From contig JAEOTS010000013.1 in assembly GCA_016839745.1 (NCBI GenBank), forward strand, positions 1 through 35,964: a stretch of 35,964 nt of DNA, in the 5' to 3' direction. Source of the DNA: Promethearchaeota archaeon (GTDB lineage: Archaea; Asgardarchaeota; Lokiarchaeia; Sigyniarchaeales; SOKP01). The position numbers and the translations under genes are program-made. Below are positions 9,121-17,250 of the stretch, one piece after another (within the stretch, counting starts at the first letter, position 1; each line of letters begins with the position of its first letter). The notes beneath the pieces are model-generated. The model saw only the letters and a program-made list of their open reading frames with translations, did not search any database and was not told the origin of the DNA.

Positions 9121-10335
9121 ATGTCGTTTGAACAAGAAGCGAGAAAAAACTTTCCTAAATGGCCTATCCATAACGATGACGAGATAAATGCTTTAAAGAA
9201 TGTAATAGAATCTGGTGAGTGGTGGTGTGGAGCCCCGGGTGCTCACCAAGGTAATAATGTTTGGGCGTTTCAGGAAGAATTTGCAAAGTTTCAAGATGCG
9301 AAGTACTGTATAGTTGTTTGTAATGGCACCGTTGCTATAGAAGCCGCACTCATGGGATTAAATATCGGTTTCGGTGATGAAGTAGTCGTTTCTGATTATA
9401 CCTTCGTGGCATCAGCTTCAGCAGTAATAGCGACCAATGCAATTCCAATATTTTGCGATATAAATCCCGAAACTTTCGTAATGGATGTTGATAGTATCGA
9501 GAAGCTTATAACGAAAAAAACTAAAGCGATTGTACCTGTTCATTTAGGAGGTAACCCTACTGATATGGAACATTTAATGGAAATTGCTGCTAAACACGAT
9601 TTAAGTGTAGTCGAAGACTGTGCACACGCACATAATTCGGTGTACAAAAACAAAAAAGTTGGAAATTGGGGTAACGCTGGTACGTTTAGTTTTCAAGCCT
9701 CAAAAGTGCTCACAAGTGGAGAGGGTGGGGCAATAATTTGTAATTCTGAAGAATTAGCCGATAAGATTTATTCTTATATTGACTGTGGGAGAAAAAAGAA
9801 TCAATATTTCTATAAGCATTTCTCATATGGAACGAATTATAGAATGACCGAATACCAAGCGGCAGTGTTAAGAGTTCAACTAAAAAAATTCCCAGACCAA
9901 CATAATCTACGAAACGAAAATGCCCAATACTTAATGATGAAATTAAACGATATTGATGGTATAAAAACAATGAAACCGACTCCGGGAACCACTAGGTTAG
10001 GGTGGTACGTGTTTCCTATAGTATTTGAACCTAAGAAGTTTGGAGGTATCACTAAGTCAGAATTTTATAAGAAATTGAACAGATATGGGATTCCTACTGA
10101 CGATTGCTACCCACCTTTACATAGTTTAGATTGCTTCAAAACTATTAATTTAAAAAAAGGAATTGATTATTCTAAGGCTAATTGGGGGGGAGAAAAAAGT
10201 AACGATAGAAATTTCCCAATAGTTTCTGATATTTATTCAAGAAGTATAGAATTCCCCCAGGAAATGTTATTAGCTAACAAAGAAAAATTGGATAATGTAG
10301 TAGACTTTATCAAATCTTTAAAAGAGAAAGATTAA
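9121..10335 (+). CDS. DegT/DnrJ/EryC1/StrS PLP-dependent sugar/cyclitol aminotransferase (RifK/BtrR-like)
   Basis: NGTVA, YTFVASA, VHLGG, EDCAHAH, FSFQASKVLTSGEGG (PLP Lys), NYRMTEYQAA. Confidence 0.9.
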   Translation: MSFEQEARKNFPKWPIHNDDEINALKNVIESGEWWCGAPGAHQGNNVWAFQEEFAKFQDAKYCIVVCNGTVAIEAALMGLNIGFGDEVVVSDYTFVASASAVIATNAIPIFCDINPETFVMDVDSIEKLITKKTKAIVPVHLGGNPTDMEHLMEIAAKHDLSVVEDCAHAHNSVYKNKKVGNWGNAGTFSFQASKVLTSGEGGAIICNSEELADKIYSYIDCGRKKNQYFYKHFSYGTNYRMTEYQAAVLRVQLKKFPDQHNLRNENAQYLMMKLNDIDGIKTMKPTPGTTRLGWYVFPIVFEPKKFGGITKSEFYKKLNRYGIPTDDCYPPLHSLDCFKTINLKKGIDYSKANWGGEKSNDRNFPIVSDIYSRSIEFPQEMLLANKEKLDNVVDFIKSLKEKD

Positions 10336-10344
10336 GCAGTAAGT

Positions 10345-11388
10345 TTAGACAACTGCTTCTACTTTTTTAGATTTTGCACTTTTATACATTGTCTCAACAA
10401 TATTTAAAATTTTGTAACCGTAATTGCTGCCAGTAAGCGGTTTTTGATTGTTTAACATACAATCAATAAAGTGAGCAATCTCTTGAGGATAACCAAAAGA
10501 CCAGGCCTCAGTAGGTACGGGAAAAGTCCATCCTTTCGTTGTTTCAGCTTTTTCTACAGCATACCCATACCCGTTTTTACTATATACGCTCAATAAATTA
10601 GAAAAAGTTGGTGCTACTTTGATTTGACCTTCAGTGCCAAACAGCTCAAATCGCATGTCATAACCTCCCGGAGCCGTCCACGACTCTTCAATTACTACTT
10701 GAGCACCGTTTTCAAAATAGAGAACTCCAATTGCGTTGTCCTCAACTTCGCATGTTCCAAAAACCCCTCTATCTGGTTTAATGGTCTTAATTTGACAGAA
10801 AACTTCTTTAACTTCACATCCAAGGTACCAAATTAAGCAGGCAATATCGTGCACTCCTAAATCTAAAAGAGCTCCACCCCCAGAAGCTTCTAACTTGTAG
10901 AACCATTTAGAGTGTGGACCTGAATGTTGTTCTTTTCCTCGCCCCATATAAATCTCCCCTAGAGCGCCTTCCGTAATAATTTCTTTGACTTTGCTAAATG
11001 AGGGCGCATACATGTTGTTCTCGCAATAGAAAATTGTCATATTCGAAGATTTTTCAACATTTAACATTTCACTTGCCTCGCTAATGTTTCTAGCTAAAGG
11101 CTTTTCTACCAGCGCGTTTTTTCCTGAGTTTAAAATGTCGCAGGTAACATCTTTATGCAAATTATTTGGAATACAAACAGAAATAGCGTCACATTCCAAT
11201 TTTAGTAAATCTTTATAATCCGTATAGTAGTTATTGATAATGTTATATTTTTTCATTAAACTTATGGCTTCTTCTCTGTTTTTTGACGCTATTCCTATAA
11301 TTTCTACATTTGGTAGTAAGGAATACGAATAACTATGGTGATCTGCAATAAAACCGGACCCAATAATGCCTACTTTTATCTTATTCAT
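10345..11388 (-). CDS. Gfo/Idh/MocA family NAD(P)-dependent oxidoreductase
   Basis: GIIGSGFIA, VEKPLA, SGGGALLDLGVHDI, VEDNA. GGAGG SD upstream. Confidence 0.92.
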   Translation of the reverse strand: MNKIKVGIIGSGFIADHHSYSYSLLPNVEIIGIASKNREEAISLMKKYNIINNYYTDYKDLLKLECDAISVCIPNNLHKDVTCDILNSGKNALVEKPLARNISEASEMLNVEKSSNMTIFYCENNMYAPSFSKVKEIITEGALGEIYMGRGKEQHSGPHSKWFYKLEASGGGALLDLGVHDIACLIWYLGCEVKEVFCQIKTIKPDRGVFGTCEVEDNAIGVLYFENGAQVVIEESWTAPGGYDMRFELFGTEGQIKVAPTFSNLLSVYSKNGYGYAVEKAETTKGWTFPVPTEAWSFGYPQEIAHFIDCMLNNQKPLTGSNYGYKILNIVETMYKSAKSKKVEAVV

Positions 11389-11457
11389 AACAATCCTCCA
11401 AGAGAAATACTGATTAAATATAATTTTGGTTTTTAAATTTATAATTATAGTTGGATT

Positions 11458-12567
11458 TTACTTCCAGAATTCTGAGGAAGTTTTAAACTTTTTAATTTTG
11501 GAGAAAGGACAAGCAGCAATGCAATTTCCGCAATCACCCGAATTTTCAATCCAATATTCAAAGCACTTTTCTACATCAACATAGTACTTTTTAACGCATG
11601 CATTATTAGAAATCGTAGCCGGTTCAAAAGTGGGGTCCCTTTCTTTTGTAATCGCATCAGTTTCACAAGCCTCAGCGCACATAAAGCACGTTTTACAGAA
11701 TTTTTCTGCTTTTTTAATAAAACTTAAGTTTAAATCGTCAGCAATTAAAGGCATATCGGTAAATACTTTACAAATTCTCACTCTGGAACCATATTCGGGG
11801 GTGAGTAACAATCCATTTCGCCCTAACGCTCCTAAACCCGCATCAATTGCCAGAGGAATACTTAGTGCGGTATCATTACCACATTGAATCGCCCTATATC
11901 CTAAATTCCTTATAAATTCTCCTAAACAAGCGATTGCAAAAGCCATTCTTGAATAACCTACGGCTGCAGCAGCTGAAGCTGGTTGAGCAGGAGCAGTAGA
12001 AATTGCAGTTTCATCCATTTCAATAGCCATAACAATTACTTTATTGATTCCCTTAGGCAAATTAATCGGACTTTCTAATATAGAATTTGAAGCATCCCCT
12101 TTTCTAATCGCTTCTTTTGATTCTGCTTCGCTGGTTGATGCTGGCCTTACAAATCCTGTTTTATAAATCCACTTCTCATTAACATCTGCAATTCCTACCA
12201 GTGATGCTCCATAAAATTTAGCAGCTTTCTTTGTCTTATTTGTAAATGCTTTAACATCTTTAACCGGATATTTTTCTCTCATCCAGTCTACGCCGTATCC
12301 GATATCCATTATCTCTTCTCTATGCCAACTGAAAGCAAAAGGAAATTTCTCATAAACAGTCCATCCTGCTGCAACTAACGCAAAATCAATCCTTGAGTAT
12401 CCGTCTTCACCCGAGCTTATATGATTGTCTATATTATACTCGAACATCTTCCCATAAGTAGGTAACGATTTATCCCATAATCTCCTATAAATCATGTTGT
12501 ACTTCTGCTCGAAGCGATGATAAGAATACTCGTCAATTTCGTAGGGAAAATCTTTTTTTGTTTGCAT
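11458..12567 (-). CDS. rdhA: Reductive dehalogenase (RdhA-like; cobalamin plus 2x Fe-S), no Tat signal
   Basis: KKAAKFYGASLVGIA, Y-x-RM, AGLGALGRNGLLLTPEYGSRVRICKVFTDMPL, CKTCFMCAEAC and C...CGNCIAACPF. Start is ATG12567 (AAGGA SD) or TTG12585. Confidence 0.8.
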   Translation of the reverse strand: MQTKKDFPYEIDEYSYHRFEQKYNMIYRRLWDKSLPTYGKMFEYNIDNHISSGEDGYSRIDFALVAAGWTVYEKFPFAFSWHREEIMDIGYGVDWMREKYPVKDVKAFTNKTKKAAKFYGASLVGIADVNEKWIYKTGFVRPASTSEAESKEAIRKGDASNSILESPINLPKGINKVIVMAIEMDETAISTAPAQPASAAAAVGYSRMAFAIACLGEFIRNLGYRAIQCGNDTALSIPLAIDAGLGALGRNGLLLTPEYGSRVRICKVFTDMPLIADDLNLSFIKKAEKFCKTCFMCAEACETDAITKERDPTFEPATISNNACVKKYYVDVEKCFEYWIENSGDCGNCIAACPFSKIKKFKTSSEFWK

Positions 12568-12701
12568 CTCAATCCTTTTTCTCAATTAATTTCTTTTTTA
12601 ATCACTTTTTAAAAGAGTATGTTCTATTAAATATTATTTTAACGCATGAAATATAAAATTTTGAGAAGAAATTTATAAGTTAAAGTATCATCTATTTCTC
12701 T

Positions 12702-12995
12702 ATGCCGATATTTATTCTTGCAACTAAACTTCAAAACCCTAATTTAGTAAAAAATCGAAAGGAACACGGTGAAGAATTTTTAAAATTAGTTAAGGATAAA
12801 GTTCCTAATGTTTCATGGATTGCACATTATGCTATATTAGGACCATATGATTTTATAGATATTTTCGAAGCTGAAAACGAACACCAGGCAGCAAAAGTTT
12901 CTTTACTTTCACGTACTGCGGGAGCTGCTTTTGCTGAAAGTTGGACCGCTATCAAATACCCCGAATTTCTTAAATTAGTGGAAGATTTAGAATAA
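12702..12995 (+). CDS. GYD domain protein
   Basis: 97 aa with YAILGPYDFIDIFEA. Confidence 0.8.
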   Translation: MPIFILATKLQNPNLVKNRKEHGEEFLKLVKDKVPNVSWIAHYAILGPYDFIDIFEAENEHQAAKVSLLSRTAGAAFAESWTAIKYPEFLKLVEDLE

Positions 12996-13013
12996 AAGAA
13001 TAGTTGCTCTAAT

Positions 13014-13382
13014 ATGAATAGGTTTATAGTACAAATAGGATCAGGCGTAGATCAGCATGGCCATAATGATGATTGCACTAATGCTGCGATAAAAGCAATA
13101 AAAAATGCTATATCAAATAACTGTCTGACCGGTTTATTAGAGATTTGTGGCTTGAAAGAACCAAAAGATCTTCAAAAAATGGTTGTTCATGTAAAGATTG
13201 GGGTTCCTTATCCTGATAACATTAATGAAGAAAATTTGCTAAAAGCAATTCCATTTGGTACTAAATCGATTGAGATAGAAAAGGGAGGACTAGTTGCAAA
13301 AGGGATAATGATTAAAGAGTTAGACGATTCTTCTGATAAAATAATAGTGTGTAATGCGGCTGTAACGGTATCAATCAGATAA
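13014..13382 (+). CDS. Lin0512 family protein
   Basis: IGSGVDQHG..D.T.AA.KA..NAI, VKIGVP, IPFG, GGL, NAAVTV. Confidence 0.8.
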   Translation: MNRFIVQIGSGVDQHGHNDDCTNAAIKAIKNAISNNCLTGLLEICGLKEPKDLQKMVVHVKIGVPYPDNINEENLLKAIPFGTKSIEIEKGGLVAKGIMIKELDDSSDKIIVCNAAVTVSIR

Positions 13383-13419
13383 TATGGTTTTAACTAATAT
13401 TTAAATGGAGCTATGTATA

Positions 13420-13992
13420 ATGGTGAATAGATGCAAATGGGCAGATTATAATGATCTGATGAAGGAATATCACGACAAAGAATGGGGAGCTCCTCTACAT
13501 GATGACATAAAACTTTACGAGCTTTTAATATTGGAAGGTATGCAAGCTGGCTTAAGTTGGAATACAGTTCTTCAAAAAAGAAATAATTTTAGAAAAGCGT
13601 TTGATAATTTTGATTATAACAAAATCATTAAGTATGGTGAAAAGAAAATTGAGGAGCTATTACAGAATGAAGGAATAATTCGGAACCGATTAAAAATACA
13701 ATCCGTAATCACTAACGCTAAGGCTTTTATCAATGTTCAGGAAGAATTCGGATCTTTTAATAATTATATTTGGAATTTTGTTAACAATAAAGCAATTCAT
13801 AACACATGGAAAAAACTGGAAGAATTACCTCCAAATTCTGATCTCTCTGATAAAATTAGCAAAGATATGAAAAAAAGAGGATTTAAATTTATTGGAACAA
13901 CCATAATTTATGCTTTTTTACAAGCAATTGGAGTTGTAAACGATCATACAAGTGACTGTTTTCGATATAAGGAATTGATCAATTCGTCCTAG
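13420..13992 (+). CDS. tag: DNA-3-methyladenine glycosylase I
   Basis: RCKWA, YHDKEWG, LEGMQAGLSW, IIRNRLKI, GFKFIG, GVVNDH. Likely start is ATG13420 after GGAG, with 13405 as the alternative. Confidence 0.95.
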   Translation: MVNRCKWADYNDLMKEYHDKEWGAPLHDDIKLYELLILEGMQAGLSWNTVLQKRNNFRKAFDNFDYNKIIKYGEKKIEELLQNEGIIRNRLKIQSVITNAKAFINVQEEFGSFNNYIWNFVNNKAIHNTWKKLEELPPNSDLSDKISKDMKKRGFKFIGTTIIYAFLQAIGVVNDHTSDCFRYKELINSS

Positions 13993-13994
13993 TG

Positions 13995-15296
13995 CTAATT
14001 TAAATTCTCTAAACCAATTTCCTTTTCAGCATATTCTTTTAATGCCATCCATTGAGCGTCAGTAGTTCCAAAATATTTAAAGACTCCAATTCCTAAACCA
14101 AAATCAAACGCTCTCATTTGTTTTAGCATTTCTTGGACGTTACACTCAACTGAGTTTGTAACTGCTAATACAGGACTTTGATATTCGTGGATTCTCTTCT
14201 TCATATTTCTTACAAAATACCAATAAAAGAAGTCACCAACTAAACCCCAAAAGATTCCATCATCTCGAGTGCCTGCTAAATAGGGGTATTCCATAGGAAT
14301 TGACATATCTAAAATGGATGAGAGCTTCTTCCAATCCTGACCATGTCGTTTTAAAGTTACAAGTTTTTTAGGTCCTACCTGGCTATACCATCCTGTAAGG
14401 CAATTTTCATCAATATTCTTCACAGTAGTTTGGACTTTTTTAGCATAATCAGCAATTACATTAGTCTTAAACTCGATCCAGCTATTACTCTTTAAAATTT
14501 TGGCGTCTTCGCCAAAATCCGCTCTGAATTTTTTTACACATCTTGAGCATGTACATACATCTGTAAAAGAACCATCATATCTAATGTAATCTGCTGTAAA
14601 AGCTTTAATTGGGTAATTTTTCACTACTTCTTTGATAAGACTTACTAAATAATCGACATGAGAACTATTAGGACACATAAAACTTTCTGAGAGGATATAG
14701 CCACTGCCTCGTTCACTTCTTTTTTTCCCAATATTATTGTCTTGCTTATTTGTTAAGAAAGGAATTTTCTTTTGGTAATCTTTAAATGAAATCCCTTTAG
14801 GTAAATCAATTCTCATCTCATTTGCATCGTGAGTAGAAATTTCTCCTTTTTGGAATTTTTTTCCAAATTTTTTACCATTTTTTCCATGAATGCTAACTCT
14901 TTCAGGGTGGAGAAAACCTTGATATGCATCATTCATGCTAGTAAAAGACACCATAATATGAATATTTCTATCTTTCCCAGCATCACAGAATTCTCCCAAA
15001 AGATCGCGCTTAATAGGATTCCAGCCCTGACTAGTGTCCCACGTACAGGCACCATCAGTATCCTTTATTACTAATCCAAAAGTATTAAAATGGCACTTTT
15101 CAAGTTTATCCATAACATCGATGACATTTAATTTTTTTTCAGCATACTCGTAGTCAAGTTTTCTAAAACCTACAGGTCCTCTTACCGGCATTAAGCCCAT
15201 TGCAAATATTTTATTAGCACCTAATTTAATACGCAAATTTTTAACTTTGTTATAATCATATGACGTGTACTCAGACCAATGTATTTTAGTATCCAT
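13995..15296 (-). CDS. Putative cytoplasmic TIM-barrel glycoside hydrolase-like protein (GHL10/GHL6/DUF4015-like)
   Basis: VIKDTDG, DLLGEFCDA, MCPNS, ADYIRY, CTCSRC..KF, GQDW, PMEY. Confidence 0.6.
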   Translation of the reverse strand: MDTKIHWSEYTSYDYNKVKNLRIKLGANKIFAMGLMPVRGPVGFRKLDYEYAEKKLNVIDVMDKLEKCHFNTFGLVIKDTDGACTWDTSQGWNPIKRDLLGEFCDAGKDRNIHIMVSFTSMNDAYQGFLHPERVSIHGKNGKKFGKKFQKGEISTHDANEMRIDLPKGISFKDYQKKIPFLTNKQDNNIGKKRSERGSGYILSESFMCPNSSHVDYLVSLIKEVVKNYPIKAFTADYIRYDGSFTDVCTCSRCVKKFRADFGEDAKILKSNSWIEFKTNVIADYAKKVQTTVKNIDENCLTGWYSQVGPKKLVTLKRHGQDWKKLSSILDMSIPMEYPYLAGTRDDGIFWGLVGDFFYWYFVRNMKKRIHEYQSPVLAVTNSVECNVQEMLKQMRAFDFGLGIGVFKYFGTTDAQWMALKEYAEKEIGLENLN

Positions 15297-15575
15297 AATT
15301 TCACCAGGTTTCTGATAATTATTTCAAGAAAATAATGTGAAAAAACTATTTGATTTACTTTAATTACTTCAAATCGATAATTTTTTAAAAGAATTCTTTT
15401 AGTTAATTTATTAGATTATTAGAATTTTTAATAATACATTCATTTAAACATTTATATATACTAGACCGATTATTTATAATTGAAATCAAATTAAAATACA
15501 TACTTAACTCATTAAATTATTAAAGCAGACAAAAAAAAAGATTTAAATTCGTGCTTGGAGGAATATTGAACGAAA

Positions 15576-16100
15576 ATGTACGACGCTACATTTAAAATCA
15601 TCATTTTTGGAGATGCAGGTTGTGGAAAAACAACTCTTACTCAGAGATTTTTAACAAATTTATTTGTATCTGACCAAACAATGACTATCGGAGTCGATTT
15701 CGAAGTAAAAAGCCTTTCTGTTAACGAACAAAAAGTAAAGCTACAGATATGGGATTTTGGAGGAGAAGAGAGATTTCGTTTTTTACTTCCAACTTATGTT
15801 AGAGGTGCTCGGGGTGGTTTATTTTTATATGATATCACAAATTATTCATCGATCGCTCATATAGACGATTGGTTAAGCGTTATTAGGAAAGAAATTAGGG
15901 CAGAAGATATATTTCCTATAATAGTTGTTGGTAGTAAAGCAGATTTAGTGGAGAATAGAGAAGTATCTTCCGCAGATGGAATAAAAATTGCTAAGTCAAG
16001 AAATGTTAACGGGTTTATTGAAACAAGCTCTAAATCTGGAGAAAACGTCGAGAAGGCCTTTGAGGCTTTAACAGGTTTAATGCTCGATGATTCTAGATAA
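15576..16100 (+). CDS. Rab-like small GTPase (variant G3/G4 motifs)
   Basis: GDAGCGKT, TIGVDF, KLQIWDFGGEERFR, YVRGA, GSKAD, ETSSK. GGAGG SD upstream. Confidence 0.93.
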   Translation: MYDATFKIIIFGDAGCGKTTLTQRFLTNLFVSDQTMTIGVDFEVKSLSVNEQKVKLQIWDFGGEERFRFLLPTYVRGARGGLFLYDITNYSSIAHIDDWLSVIRKEIRAEDIFPIIVVGSKADLVENREVSSADGIKIAKSRNVNGFIETSSKSGENVEKAFEALTGLMLDDSR

Positions 16101-16166
16101 AAAAACTGAAGATTTATACCTAATTTTTAAAATTATTTATTCTAACACCGATAAATCGTAAGATAT

Positions 16167-17045
16167 TTAGAAAGAACTTATCTTTTTATTGTCTTCCTTA
16201 ACTTTTTCTAATAATCGTGTATTAATTCTCCGATTTAGAACCAGCGTTTGATATTCCATATCTTTTTTGTATTGATTTGCCAAGCTAATCAGTTGTTCAA
16301 TCATTTCGATTTCTTTATCACTATCTTCACAATGATACCCTCCGAAATTTGGGATTTCAGCGTATTTTTTGAATAAAATTTCTTGAAGTTCGCTTGGCAG
16401 TACGTCCGTTCTATCCTTTATTGCAGAATTAATCGCCTCTAATAGATCGTTATAACTTTCTTGTTTACCAAACTGACACAAAATACATTTTGAGCTTCGA
16501 TTTTTAAGAATATACAAAATAATAATTCCCGTTAAGTATCTAAAACAATCGACAATCTCATCGAAATTTCCTTTTTTTATGTGTTTTTTAATTATAACAT
16601 CTGCAATAGAGTATAAACTCGAAAAATAAATAGCTCTATAAAAGTACGCGGGATCAACACAAAACAATCTGGTGAACCAAAATGGGCTTACAGCATCAGG
16701 AGGATCTTCAAAAAAAATGTAATAAACTAATCTACCATCTCTTTCTTTAGATAAGGTACCTTCTTTTTTCAATATATTCAAGTATGTTGATACGGTAGAA
16801 CGAGCAATATCCTTATAGAATTTTTTATACTCTAGTTCTACATCTCTCGTAGTTACCTTTTTTCTTCCTTCAAGATAGAACTTTAGCATTATGCCTAAAA
16901 TGCGATTTTCGTGGAGTTGTCCAGTTTTAATTTGTTGTTCTTCCGATTCGTCTTCTCTAACATTGTAGACATTTAACAGTTCAGGTGCTATTTCGTGAAT
17001 GATTTTTTCCAAAATGTAGATAGTTAATTCAGTAATTTCTAACAA
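16167..17045 (-). CDS. Winged-helix (ArsR-like) DNA-binding protein with an uncharacterised C-terminal domain
   Basis: IARSTVSTYLNILKKEGTLSKERDGRLVYY forms the HTH and wing. A CILC motif occurs in the C-terminal half. Confidence 0.65.
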   Translation of the reverse strand: MLEITELTIYILEKIIHEIAPELLNVYNVREDESEEQQIKTGQLHENRILGIMLKFYLEGRKKVTTRDVELEYKKFYKDIARSTVSTYLNILKKEGTLSKERDGRLVYYIFFEDPPDAVSPFWFTRLFCVDPAYFYRAIYFSSLYSIADVIIKKHIKKGNFDEIVDCFRYLTGIIILYILKNRSSKCILCQFGKQESYNDLLEAINSAIKDRTDVLPSELQEILFKKYAEIPNFGGYHCEDSDKEIEMIEQLISLANQYKKDMEYQTLVLNRRINTRLLEKVKEDNKKISSF

Positions 17046-17184
17046 TCCTCAAAATTGATCACAATTATTTTAATAAAAAAAATGTATATTTTTAATAATT
17101 TATATTCTAATCAAATAGAATTTTTAATTTATTCTATTAAACTACTACAAAAATTATATAAATTAAAGGAAATTAAGTAAACTT

Positions 17185-17220
17185 TATCTTAAAAGAAAAA
17201 ATAAAGAAAAGAAATAAAAA
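17185..17220 (-). terminator. Oligo-T terminator-like tract (minus strand) downstream of the acyl-CoA ligase
   Basis: A-rich run aaaagaaaaaataaagaaaagaaataaaaa on the plus strand, about 30 nt past the stop at 17251. Confidence 0.35.
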
Positions 17221-17250
17221 TTTTAATGTTAGGGATAGTTAGTTAAGCTC

